This document shows, in pieces, positions 35,615 to 44,477 of a stretch of 64,000 bases of DNA (the stretch's first letter is position 1; every line of letters starts with the position of its first letter). The notes beneath the pieces are model-generated. The model saw only the letters and a program-made list of their open reading frames with translations. It did no database searches and had not been told where the DNA came from. A program made the translations under genes and the position numbers. Origin of the DNA: a virus (lineage: Duplodnaviria; Caudoviricetes); IMG/VR virus record IMGVR_UViG_3300027586_000007, positions 1-64,000 of that record. The stretch is one strand, 5' to 3'.

Positions 35615-38184
35615 TGTCTGATAGAGGTTACGGAGATAGATGGTGGCAACCAACTCCTGCTGATTTAGAAAAAACAAATGCCGATGCCGCTAAGGCAGCC
35701 AATACAAAAACTGCAGATGCTTTTACTGTTACAAAATCAGGTCTAAATGTTGTAATGAATGGCAAGTACCAATTCTCATTTGCGTACTTATACTCTGATC
35801 CAAATAATGCCTCAAACCTTATTCCTGGAACCAGGTCCCCCAACTTTATAGTTACGCTACAAACTCCCGATTTAACTCAGCCAGTAACAAATCTTGTTGT
35901 AACTCCAGGACTTCTTTCTTACACGGCTAAATGGGATCTAATTGATAAATTATTACCTGCAAATAAATGGTTGATAGATATACAAATATATGAAAGTTTA
36001 ACTGGAGCGTTTGCTGGAGAAGAATATTTAGTTTGGAATGGAAATGGAAGCTCTGCAACTATACTTGTTTCAAACACAGCAAATAGATGGATAAGAGTTG
36101 ACACAAGAGATCAAGATTTTAGAAAGAAAAGTGTAACATACGGACCATTTAAAGCAACAGATCCAATTGTCGTAGACACGGTTGGCCCAGACAATGTTAC
36201 TTCAGTTAATTCATCTGATAGCGGTATCGACACATCTGGGTATTTAGGATTTAACGCATATGCAAACATATCTTGGCCAGCAGTAACAGGCGGTGGCATA
36301 AGAGGATATAGAATTAGATTTAGTAATGACAACAACGCAACATATTCCTATGTTGATTCGCCAGGGACGGGAACAACATACAAGCTTGCGGGTCTTGCAA
36401 TTGGATCAACATATAAGATAGCAGTTGCAACTTATGATGAATATAATAATACATCGTCATCATATGTATCTGGAGCAGATGTTACAGTTAATGGTACTCC
36501 ATCTGTATCAAACTTTATTACAGGTGGGCCATTCCAATTTGGCGTAGGCGTAGGATCTGTATCAACAAACAAAGGATTATATTTTGACGCTAGTAACTAC
36601 TGGTATGTCAATGCTACAAATAGCGCAAGGCTTAAGGTTGGCGGAGCATCAAGCAACTATCTATTATGGGACGGCTCAACATTTGCAGTAGATGGAAACA
36701 TTACCGCAAGAGGTGGGCAGTTTAGCGGTAATATATATATGACTACAGCTGGAGCATCTATATATAATGGAACAATAGACGCTACAACTGGCAACTTGAC
36801 TGGTGATGGATTTGCGTTAAACTCAACAGGATTAAAAGTTGCTAACGGCGTTAACTCTGTAACAATTGCAGCAGCAACAGGAACTATAACAGCCAATGCT
36901 GGATCAATTGGTGGTTGGAACTTAAGCGGTACAACATTATCTAAAAACAATATTATCTTAGACAGCACAGGACAAATACAGGTAGGGTCCACTGCGGCCC
37001 AGAGCGTTTATTTAAAATCTTCTGGTGGCTTTCTTATGTGGGCTGGTAATAATACACCAGACGCAAATGCAAAATTTAGAGTCGCAGCAGATGGAACTTT
37101 GTATGCAACTGGTGCTGTATTTGCTGGATATGCTACTTCAGATTCTGTAAATGGCATACTGTCATCTGCAGCCGCAGATGCCACTACCAAGGCAAGTGCG
37201 GCGCAGACAGCAGCAATTAATGCAGCAGCAGGAGATGCAACAACAAAAGCTGAGGCTGCTAAAAACGCAGCAGTATTAGCTTCTGTACCACGGGGCGATT
37301 TTAACAAAGAAGCTATAATAGCTAAAATAAATAATAGTACTAATACAACAACTATCGAAGGCGGAATAATAAGAACAGGAACAATTTCTGCCGACGCTGT
37401 TGTTACAAACTTTATTTCTTCATTTGAAATTGCAGCCTCTAAGATTACAGTTGGTACACTTTCAGGTCACAGATTAACAGCTGGAGCACTTAACACAAGC
37501 TATTACTTGGATACAAAAGGAAATAAGGCTGGAATAGATTCTTTAGTTGTAAATGCAATTGGAATTGAGTCTAGCGCAACTGGTGGCGTTACAACACATT
37601 GGTACCCATATATGCCAGGATCTCCAAACATTGATTTGGGACTACCAAACTTTAGATGGAATGACGTAAGAAGTAGCGGTAGGGTTTATATGGGGCATGG
37701 CGGAAGCGATACTATAACAAACGTTACAGCGCAGCAGCCATATTCGGTATTCCTTAATACTGGAAGAATTTATGCAAACACACTTGGAACTGGATCGGGA
37801 ACTGGATTAGTGCAAGATTCACAAGGGTACATAAGAGTTGCTTCTTCTAGTTTAAGATACAAAGAAAACATTTCTGAAATAGAAAGCACTGGATACTTAG
37901 ATGCAATTAAACTATTAAAGCCAGTTAAATTTTCATATAAACTTCAAGAAACAGACATTGACGAAACCCCAGGATATGAAACAGTTAGACCAATAATAAC
38001 TGGTTTGATTGCTGAAGATGTAGAACAAATAGATAAATTAAAAGACTTTGTGAATTATAATGCTTTAGGGGAAACAGAAGGTTTAGCTTATGATAGAATG
38101 ACCACAGCCCTGACACTAGCTATTCAAGAATTAGCAGAGAAGCTTGATGTAACCAATACTAGACTTGACGCCCTTGAAGGATAA
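35614..38184 (+). CDS. Tail fibre/spike with FN3 domains and C-terminal S74 chaperone
   Basis: WPAVTGGGIRGYRIRFS...YKIAVATYDEYNN (FN3); SSLRYKENISEI...GLIAEDV...LAYDRMTTALTLAIQEL. Confidence 0.78.
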   Translation: MSDRGYGDRWWQPTPADLEKTNADAAKAANTKTADAFTVTKSGLNVVMNGKYQFSFAYLYSDPNNASNLIPGTRSPNFIVTLQTPDLTQPVTNLVVTPGLLSYTAKWDLIDKLLPANKWLIDIQIYESLTGAFAGEEYLVWNGNGSSATILVSNTANRWIRVDTRDQDFRKKSVTYGPFKATDPIVVDTVGPDNVTSVNSSDSGIDTSGYLGFNAYANISWPAVTGGGIRGYRIRFSNDNNATYSYVDSPGTGTTYKLAGLAIGSTYKIAVATYDEYNNTSSSYVSGADVTVNGTPSVSNFITGGPFQFGVGVGSVSTNKGLYFDASNYWYVNATNSARLKVGGASSNYLLWDGSTFAVDGNITARGGQFSGNIYMTTAGASIYNGTIDATTGNLTGDGFALNSTGLKVANGVNSVTIAAATGTITANAGSIGGWNLSGTTLSKNNIILDSTGQIQVGSTAAQSVYLKSSGGFLMWAGNNTPDANAKFRVAADGTLYATGAVFAGYATSDSVNGILSSAAADATTKASAAQTAAINAAAGDATTKAEAAKNAAVLASVPRGDFNKEAIIAKINNSTNTTTIEGGIIRTGTISADAVVTNFISSFEIAASKITVGTLSGHRLTAGALNTSYYLDTKGNKAGIDSLVVNAIGIESSATGGVTTHWYPYMPGSPNIDLGLPNFRWNDVRSSGRVYMGHGGSDTITNVTAQQPYSVFLNTGRIYANTLGTGSGTGLVQDSQGYIRVASSSLRYKENISEIESTGYLDAIKLLKPVKFSYKLQETDIDETPGYETVRPIITGLIAEDVEQIDKLKDFVNYNALGETEGLAYDRMTTALTLAIQELAEKLDVTNTRLDALEG

Positions 38185-38193
38185 TGGTATCCT
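38165..38193 (+). promoter_or_regulatory. Promoter TTGACG-N17-TATCCT (TG-extended)
   Basis: Overlaps the end of the fibre gene, upstream of 38218. Confidence 0.55.
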
Positions 38194-38217
38194 TATTATG
38201 AATAGAAAAGGAATATA

Positions 38218-38367
38218 ATGGATAATAAATTAGAACTAGTTGTAACAGCACTACAGCAACGTATTGGAGAAATTGTCTCACAATATGAGACGCATGTTGC
38301 AATACTTCGTGCAGAAATTACACAGCTTCAGCAACCACAAAATCCTGCGGAGCCAGAGGAGAAGTAG
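38218..38367 (+). CDS. Small coiled-coil protein, 49 aa (not in ORF track)
   Basis: MDNKLELVVTALQQRIGEIVSQYETHVAILRAEITQLQQPQNPAEPEEK; AAAAGGA RBS. Confidence 0.7.
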   Translation: MDNKLELVVTALQQRIGEIVSQYETHVAILRAEITQLQQPQNPAEPEEK

Positions 38368-38369
38368 CT

Positions 38370-38792
38370 ATGGCAGAACAATTACAACCAATGCCTGTAA
38401 ATCCAGGAGACCCAATAACATCAGAGTTATTGTCTAACATTGTGTCTAATATTAATATAATCAATAGTTTATCAAACAGCATTAACGACAGCAGCGCAGG
38501 CGATAACAAGGACCTTCCACAAGCAGTACAAATTCAATCTGGAAGAATAAAGATTGTGGCTAATAAAGATGGCAAGACTGTTACACCAGTAAAATTTAAA
38601 AAAGATTTTGAAGCCCAGCCAAATATTGTATGCTCCATATGGCAACCATCTGGAGAGGCAATATTAAAGAATAAATTTCAGCCAGTAGTAACTGCTGCAT
38701 CATCTACAGGGTTTTCAATACAAGCTCAAAATGTTGGTGCGTCTTCTGGCGGAACTTTTTACGTAAATTGGATTGCTTCTAGCACTACTTAA
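38370..38792 (+). CDS. Small fibre-tip/H-type-lectin-like protein
   Basis: QIQSGRI...VKFKKDFEAQPNIVCS...SSTGFSI...FYVNWIA resembles gp53/H-lectin C-terminal folds. Confidence 0.5.
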   Translation: MAEQLQPMPVNPGDPITSELLSNIVSNINIINSLSNSINDSSAGDNKDLPQAVQIQSGRIKIVANKDGKTVTPVKFKKDFEAQPNIVCSIWQPSGEAILKNKFQPVVTAASSTGFSIQAQNVGASSGGTFYVNWIASSTT

Positions 38793-38795
38793 GTA

Positions 38796-38823
38796 TTGAC
38801 AATCTGTAGCACTATGCTACAAT
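38796..38823 (+). promoter_or_regulatory. Promoter TTGACA-N16-TACAAT heading the replication operon
   Basis: TG-extended -10; followed by a perfect palindrome. Confidence 0.7.
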
Positions 38824-38835
38824 TTGATTTAGACT

Positions 38836-38861
38836 ATAGGCCATGAATATTCATGGCCTAT
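38836..38861. repeat. Perfect 26-bp palindrome
   Basis: ATAGGCCATGAAT|ATTCATGGCCTAT. Confidence 0.95.
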
Positions 38862-38877
38862 TAACATTAAGGTAAAT

Positions 38878-39678
38878 ATGACAAACGATTTAAAGTGGAT
38901 GCTCTCATCAGATCAGCAATTCCCGTATCAGGATGATAAAATGATTGAGCTATGGTTCAAAGTCATGAAGTGGTTTAAGCCAGATGTTGTAGACTACCTT
39001 GGTGATACAGACGACCAAGCATGCTATAGCAAGTATACAGAAGGTCGCTCAGCAGAGTTTTTAAATTATCACAAGAACGATAGCAAGGATTTAATTGTTC
39101 CTATGATGCGCCATGAAGCAAAGGGTGCAAGAGATTTTTATGCTAAGACAAGAGACATGCTTCCAGATGCACAACTGTTTTCTGCATTAGGTAACCACGA
39201 CATCAGAGTATTTAATTACGTTGACGCAAAGCTTCCAGACTATATCTCTGAGGTTACACCAGAGGCCCTATGGAGTCTTGACTCTTTAGGATATGAATAT
39301 ATTTATTACGATGAACTCCCTAAGCGACGCTTTGGAGACATACACGTTCACCATGGACTTTCAATTGCAGCAACAGGATCTGCAAGAAAAGATATGGAAG
39401 ACATGCAGGTATCTTTAATTCGTGGTCACTCACACAGAATTGCTTCTCATATGGTAACATACGAACTTAGAAACAATGGCGCTGGAGAAACTCTTCGTGG
39501 ATACGAGATTGGTCATATGTGTGACGAAAAGGGTCCAGGAATGAAGTATACACAACACCACGATTGGCAAAAGGGATTTGCTGTTGCACATATTGTTAAT
39601 GACTATCCTCACATTCAAATGATCCACGTGTCACCAGATTACTCTTGCGTGGTGGATGGAAAGTTTTTTCAAGTATGA
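38878..39678 (+). CDS. Calcineurin-like metallophosphoesterase
   Basis: SDQQ, YLGD, GNHD, HHG, GHSHR motifs. Confidence 0.82.
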   Translation: MTNDLKWMLSSDQQFPYQDDKMIELWFKVMKWFKPDVVDYLGDTDDQACYSKYTEGRSAEFLNYHKNDSKDLIVPMMRHEAKGARDFYAKTRDMLPDAQLFSALGNHDIRVFNYVDAKLPDYISEVTPEALWSLDSLGYEYIYYDELPKRRFGDIHVHHGLSIAATGSARKDMEDMQVSLIRGHSHRIASHMVTYELRNNGAGETLRGYEIGHMCDEKGPGMKYTQHHDWQKGFAVAHIVNDYPHIQMIHVSPDYSCVVDGKFFQV

Positions 39679-39863
39679 TCAAGTGTAATAAATGCGGAGG
39701 AAGAGTATTCGTTGATAGAGTATTCTCTCAAAAAATGCATATGGAACTATTTTGCATCATGTGCGGTAAACGCTGGATGATGAATAAGCATACAAATAGG
39801 ATGGGTAAATGGCTAGAGACACTAGAAGAAAATCACTCAAAGAAGTACGGTATTTCTTCTTAA
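39675..39863 (+). CDS. Zinc-ribbon protein
   Basis: MIKCNKCGG...FCIMCGKRW; ATGA overlap at 39675. Confidence 0.7.
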   Translation: MIKCNKCGGRVFVDRVFSQKMHMELFCIMCGKRWMMNKHTNRMGKWLETLEENHSKKYGISS

Positions 39864-40291
39864 ACGAAAAGATACACAAGACTCTTAGTCTATCTAGAGC
39901 CAAAGATCAGCTTATTGCTTGGTCTTATTTAGATAAGAAAAGAATGCTTTACCCATATTCAGAAGTAGATAAAAATATGGGTAGTGCTTATAGTATTGTT
40001 CAGGTTGCCTCAATGTTAAATAAGCATAGGGTTACAATACAAGACTACATTCTAGAAGGCAAAATAAAGTCTCCACAAAAGATTTATCCTATTGGCAGCG
40101 CCTCAGAAGATACTTGGTATAAGTATATGTTTAGCGACAAAGATATATTAGATCTACACCAATATATATTAGAGGCTGGTCATTCTAAAAATGTTCCATC
40201 TAAGGCAGAATTATTGGCTCTTCTCAAACACAGCTTTATATTGTATACTAAGACCGTAGACGGTTTCGTACCAGTATGGAAGGCAGAGTAA
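39809..40291 (+). CDS. Helix-turn-helix DNA-binding protein (MerR/excisionase-like)
   Basis: YSIVQVASMLNKHRVTIQDYILEGKI. Confidence 0.65.
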   Translation: MARDTRRKSLKEVRYFFLNEKIHKTLSLSRAKDQLIAWSYLDKKRMLYPYSEVDKNMGSAYSIVQVASMLNKHRVTIQDYILEGKIKSPQKIYPIGSASEDTWYKYMFSDKDILDLHQYILEAGHSKNVPSKAELLALLKHSFILYTKTVDGFVPVWKAE

Positions 40292-40422
40292 TGAGTTACA
40301 ACGCAATATATACACTTGAGACTGGCGCTTCTAAGAAGCGTAAGAGAGAAAAAGAAGTTGAGGAATGGAATTCAAAGAACGGCCCTGTCGTAGTAAAAAA
40401 GGTGGAAGATGGAAAAAAGTAG
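40291..40422 (+). CDS. Small basic hypothetical protein, 43 aa (not in track)
   Basis: TAATG coupling; MSYNAIYTLETGASKKRKREKEVEEWNSKNGPVVVKKVEDGKK. Confidence 0.5.
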   Translation: MSYNAIYTLETGASKKRKREKEVEEWNSKNGPVVVKKVEDGKK

Positions 40423-40522
40423 GGTAGTTAATTGTGATATTTGTAATCGGGATATAGAAGTTCGTTGGGGCATATTTGCCAGTGATACACTAACTAGACA
40501 TAAGAAGGCGGAACATAAATGA
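40409..40522 (+). CDS. C2H2 zinc-finger miniprotein, 37 aa (not in track)
   Basis: MEKSRVVNCDICNRDIEVRWGIFASDTLTRHKKAEHK; GGTGGA RBS; ATGA overlap with the next gene. Confidence 0.6.
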   Translation: MEKSRVVNCDICNRDIEVRWGIFASDTLTRHKKAEHK

Positions 40523-40725
40523 CAACGAGAGTAAAGGTCGATCTTTCTTTTACTAGAAATCTTGGTAACTATGAAAGCATTAGGATTAATGTTGGCGTAG
40601 AAGATGATGTTCGTTCGGGGGAGACAGTTGATTCTGCCACCGAAAGGGTATACGCATTTGTAGAAAGAAAGCTTGTTCAAAAGACAAGCGAAGTAGAGGA
40701 AGAGCTTAAGAGTGGCAAACAATAG
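40519..40725 (+). CDS. Conserved hypothetical phage protein
   Basis: RVKVDLSFTRNLGNYESIRINVGVED. Confidence 0.65.
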   Translation: MTTRVKVDLSFTRNLGNYESIRINVGVEDDVRSGETVDSATERVYAFVERKLVQKTSEVEEELKSGKQ

Positions 40726-41032
40726 AGAGCCATATATCCTTATGACAAATTACCAGAATCTTTACAAAGAGAAATATGGTAGACTTCCTACACTAAACAA
40801 GTTTAGAGAAAAGTGGGCTATGCAAGATGTAATCGATAGCGTAGGATTTCATAAGGCAAATGATCTATTAAACTATTATTTTAGTCTAGAAAAAACGGGT
40901 CACCCACTGCAATTCTTTTATTATAACTTTGACAAAATGGAAAATGCTAGAATAGAACTACAAAAGGATATTGAGACACGCCGACTACTGCGAGAGTCTA
41001 CTAAGAAGATGGTGGAAGAGGGCGGGCTATGA
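40712..41032 (+). CDS. Hypothetical protein preceding helicase
   Basis: GTG start, coupled to the helicase. Confidence 0.6.
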   Translation: MANNREPYILMTNYQNLYKEKYGRLPTLNKFREKWAMQDVIDSVGFHKANDLLNYYFSLEKTGHPLQFFYYNFDKMENARIELQKDIETRRLLRESTKKMVEEGGL

Positions 41033-42276
41033 ATACAGAAGCAACACTAATCTCTGCTATATGCAAGAATAAAGATATTAGCACCGTTATGGCAGAGAAT
41101 GTAGATGAACTATTTACTTCTCATGGAGATGTTTGGGATGGATTAAAGTCCTATTATAATAAGTTTAAGGCAATACCAGAAATTGGAATTCTACAAGAAA
41201 AGTTTAAAGACTTTGAGCCAGACTTAAGTGCAACAGCAGAGACTGCATATTATCTAGATAACCTTAAGAATGAGTTTTTGTCTAGCAGACTAAAGAGTAT
41301 TTTAATTCGTGGTGGATCCATGCTAAAAGAAGATGCAGCCTCTAGAGTAATTGGCGAACTTCAATCACAGCTTTCTAGTTTAAATAAATATACCAATAAT
41401 GTGCGTGACCTAGATATAACTGATGCAGATAATGCTATTAAGCATTTACAGGCTCTGAAGGTCCGTACAGCCGAGATGGGCGGTTCTCCAGGTATTAAGA
41501 CGGGGTTCCAGTCAATCGACCTTGCATACCCCACTGGAATGGCTCCAGGGCACCTTATAGTGGCCATTGGCTGGCCAGGACGTGGTAAGACATGGTTCAC
41601 CTCATACCTAGCCTGTAAGGCCTGGGAACAGGGTTTTAAGCCTATGATCGTTTCCCTTGAAATGACCCCAGAGAATATGCGTGACCGTATATATACAATG
41701 CTCGGCTCTGGTTTATTTAAAGCCAGTGACTTTGCAAAGGGAGATATTAATATTGATGATTTCCGTAGTTGGTCTAGTAAAAAGTTTGCGGATAAGAATA
41801 AGTTTATATTAGTTTCTAATGAGGGTTCTGGAAACGTAACTCCAAATGCTATCCAAGCTAAGATAGATCAGCATAAGCCAGACATTGTTATTCTTGATTA
41901 TCACCAGTTGTTTACTGACAATAATAATTCAAAGGCACCTACAGAACGTAATATGAATATTTCTCGTGAGTTTAAAAACTTAGCAGTGAGAAATAACATT
42001 CCTATTATTGATATTACTGCTGCTACTGCAGACGATATTACTGATCAAGATAATCCTCCAATGATGAGCCAGGTTGCTTGGTCAAAAGCAATTGAATATG
42101 ATGCAGATATGGCTATGGCTATTCATAAATACAAGGGCACAGATATGATTGAGATTGTATCTAGAAAGAATAGACACGGACACGACTTTGGAGTATTCCT
42201 AGATTGGGATATCAATAGGGGTGTCGTCAAAGAGATTTACGAAAACCCGTTTGCAGATGACTCACAAAAGAATTAA
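41029..42276 (+). CDS. dnaB: DnaB-like replicative helicase
   Basis: GWPGRGKT Walker A, VSLEM, VILDYHQL, IEYDAD, KNRHG. Confidence 0.9.
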   Translation: MNTEATLISAICKNKDISTVMAENVDELFTSHGDVWDGLKSYYNKFKAIPEIGILQEKFKDFEPDLSATAETAYYLDNLKNEFLSSRLKSILIRGGSMLKEDAASRVIGELQSQLSSLNKYTNNVRDLDITDADNAIKHLQALKVRTAEMGGSPGIKTGFQSIDLAYPTGMAPGHLIVAIGWPGRGKTWFTSYLACKAWEQGFKPMIVSLEMTPENMRDRIYTMLGSGLFKASDFAKGDINIDDFRSWSSKKFADKNKFILVSNEGSGNVTPNAIQAKIDQHKPDIVILDYHQLFTDNNNSKAPTERNMNISREFKNLAVRNNIPIIDITAATADDITDQDNPPMMSQVAWSKAIEYDADMAMAIHKYKGTDMIEIVSRKNRHGHDFGVFLDWDINRGVVKEIYENPFADDSQKN

Positions 42277-42559
42277 AAGGTTTCAAATTGAGGTACAGTT
42301 TTATGATAACTCACAACTCATAAGCCTAAGACCTCAATATGAAAATTTGCTAGTTCAAGATATGCGTGGCAAAGGATATGTAAGAGTATTAGATATAGAT
42401 CCAGCATTCTCAATAGAGTTTACTGGAGAAACATGGAGATTCTTAATGACTCTCCACGGGATATATGTGGGAAGGAAGAAGGCATGGCAATTCGAGGGTA
42501 CAACTCAAAACAAATTGATACCAAGGACTACGCCCCAAGCCACATTAAATCGGTTCTAG
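42257..42559 (+). CDS. Hypothetical protein
   Basis: ATG 42257; overlaps both neighbours. Confidence 0.5.
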   Translation: MTHKRIKRFQIEVQFYDNSQLISLRPQYENLLVQDMRGKGYVRVLDIDPAFSIEFTGETWRFLMTLHGIYVGRKKAWQFEGTTQNKLIPRTTPQATLNRF

Positions 42560-43479
42560 CTGAAATAGGACTTAATGTTGTTGGTGCTACAGGCAATGAC
42601 TTCCTATGCTACTGCCCGTTTCATTCCAATAGACATACCTCTAGCTTTAGCGTAAGCCAAACATCTGGTGCGTTCATTTGCTTTAACCCTGCTTGCGGAG
42701 AGACTGGCACCCTAATTGATTTAATTAAACGCACTATGCACAAAAATGATTTTCAGTCTTTAAGATTAATAGCAGCAAAAGAAACAGAAGCGCTAGACAA
42801 CTTCGATGAAATTATGGAAGACATGCTTGAAGAGAAGCCAGCTTTTGAAGAATTTTCTCAAGACATATTAGATAGGCTTCACTCCGACCTTGCTAGTAAT
42901 TCTAGTGCCAGATCATATCTTGAGTCTAGAGGAATTAACATAGAGTCAATGAAACATTTTGGACTTGGCTATTCGCCAGCAATGAATATGGTAGTTACTC
43001 CAGTGCATAGCCCAGACGGAATGCCAATTGGAATAGTCGGCAGATCTATTGAGGGAAAGACTTTTAAGAATAGCACTAGCCTTCCAAAAAGTAAAACTCT
43101 ATTTAACATTCATAGGGCAAAGAAAATTGGAGACCAAGTAATAGTTTGCGAATCAAACTTCGATGCAATAAGAATTCATCAGGCTGGTTTCCCCAACGTT
43201 GTTGCAACTCTAGGTGGATTTTTATCTAATGAACAACAATCTTTATTAAATAGACATTTTAATAAGATAATAATTATGACAGATGCGGATGAAGCTGGCA
43301 GAGAATTAGGTAAATCTATTTCTGGCAAGCTTAGGAATAAAGATATTTCTTGGGCCTCCTTTGGATATCGTGAGATATATCCAAATAAGGCTAAGGATGC
43401 GGGTGATTTGACTGAAGAAGAAATAAAAACATGCATAAAAAAATCAGTATCAGATATTGAATATCGCTCATGGATATGA
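42484..43479 (+). CDS. dnaG: DNA primase (CHC2 zinc finger + TOPRIM)
   Basis: CYCPFH...CFNPAC; VCESNFDAI...ATLGG...MTDADEAG. Confidence 0.9.
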   Translation: MAIRGYNSKQIDTKDYAPSHIKSVLAEIGLNVVGATGNDFLCYCPFHSNRHTSSFSVSQTSGAFICFNPACGETGTLIDLIKRTMHKNDFQSLRLIAAKETEALDNFDEIMEDMLEEKPAFEEFSQDILDRLHSDLASNSSARSYLESRGINIESMKHFGLGYSPAMNMVVTPVHSPDGMPIGIVGRSIEGKTFKNSTSLPKSKTLFNIHRAKKIGDQVIVCESNFDAIRIHQAGFPNVVATLGGFLSNEQQSLLNRHFNKIIIMTDADEAGRELGKSISGKLRNKDISWASFGYREIYPNKAKDAGDLTEEEIKTCIKKSVSDIEYRSWI

Positions 43480-43485
43480 TATACT
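43457..43485 (+). promoter_or_regulatory. Promoter TTGAAT-N17-TATACT for SSB
   Basis: TG-extended -10; a GATGG/CCATC hairpin follows. Confidence 0.6.
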
Positions 43486-43533
43486 AAAACAACAGATGGA
43501 TTTACACCATCAACTATATAAAAAGGAGATACA

Positions 43534-44211
43534 ATGGGTATCGTTAAAGGTCTAAAAGGATTAAATCAGGTTATGGACAAGCCTTCATACAGCGAAGGTG
43601 ACGGGACAAAGGCACGTTGGGCAAAGCTAGAAGATGCAGAGAGCGTAAAAGTTCGTTTCTTGCAAGAACTAGATCCTGACTCACCGATGTACAACGAAAA
43701 AAATGGTTTGGGTTTTATTGCCGTAGAGCATACTAACCCTAAAGACTACAAGCGCAAGGCACTATGTTCAATGGAAGACCAAGGCAAGTGCTATGGCTGC
43801 GAACAACACCGTAAGGATTATAAGGCGGGATGGAAAGGTCGTTCACGACTTTACATGAACGTATTAATTGATGATGGCAAAGAAGAGCCATACGTAGCAA
43901 TTCTTTCTCAAGGTTCAAGTGGTAAAACAATTACGCCAACTCTTATTGAGTACGCTGGCGAAATGGGTTCTATCACCAATCTAATGTGGCGTATTAAGCG
44001 CACTGGAACAAAGACAGATACAAGTTACACAATCATTCCTTTGGCTAAGGATGAAGCACCATTTGATTCTTCAGCACTTGAATTGTATGATTTGGAAACA
44101 ACAGCAATTCGAGACTTGCCTTACACAGAGCAAGAAGGATTCTTTAATGGAGAAGGTGGAAGCCAAGAAGCTCCTGCAGCTTCAGACTCAGACAGCAATT
44201 TAGTCTGGTAA
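43534..44211 (+). CDS. Single-stranded DNA-binding protein (gp32-like, Zn-binding)
   Basis: H/C Zn ligands (EH...C...CYGC), WRIKRTGTKTDTSY OB motif, acidic C-terminal tail ending LVW. Confidence 0.75.
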   Translation: MGIVKGLKGLNQVMDKPSYSEGDGTKARWAKLEDAESVKVRFLQELDPDSPMYNEKNGLGFIAVEHTNPKDYKRKALCSMEDQGKCYGCEQHRKDYKAGWKGRSRLYMNVLIDDGKEEPYVAILSQGSSGKTITPTLIEYAGEMGSITNLMWRIKRTGTKTDTSYTIIPLAKDEAPFDSSALELYDLETTAIRDLPYTEQEGFFNGEGGSQEAPAASDSDSNLVW

Positions 44212-44222
44212 CTATTTACAGC

Positions 44223-44257
44223 CAGGGGCAGTCTATTGACTGCCCCTGCTTTATTTA
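44223..44257 (+). terminator. Rho-independent terminator overlapping a promoter
   Basis: CAGGGGCAGTC-TATT-GACTGCCCCTG + CTTTATTT. Confidence 0.88.
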
Positions 44258-44264
44258 GTAGAAT
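44236..44264 (+). promoter_or_regulatory. Promoter TTGACT-N17-TAGAAT, leaderless
   Basis: -35 lies inside the terminator hairpin; ATG 44271 is 6 nt after the -10. Confidence 0.7.
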
Positions 44265-44270
44265 AACATT

Positions 44271-44477
44271 ATGCTTACATATGAAATCCCAGATCCGTTT
44301 GAGACATTTGTTGCTAATAAATATAAAGACTATAAAGGAATGCTATACGACTTCTTTGCAAAAGAATGGCATTTAAAAACTGCATGTTGCGGAGAAGAAC
44401 TTTATGCACCAAACAAAAAGACTATGACTAAGATAAGACTTTATCATACAAGAAATGAATGCATGGGCGGGTATTAA
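44271..44477 (+). CDS. Small hypothetical protein (Cys/His)
   Basis: 68 aa; TAATG coupling to dnaE. Confidence 0.65.
   Translation: MLTYEIPDPFETFVANKYKDYKGMLYDFFAKEWHLKTACCGEELYAPNKKTMTKIRLYHTRNECMGGY

Noticed and set aside
40372-40722. 116-aa antisense ORF
   Set aside because: It overlaps three coupled plus-strand genes and has no recognisable motif.
43494-43511. Hairpin in the SSB leader as a T4 gene 32-like autoregulatory pseudoknot
   Set aside because: Only a 5-bp stem (GATGG/CCATC); no second stem found.
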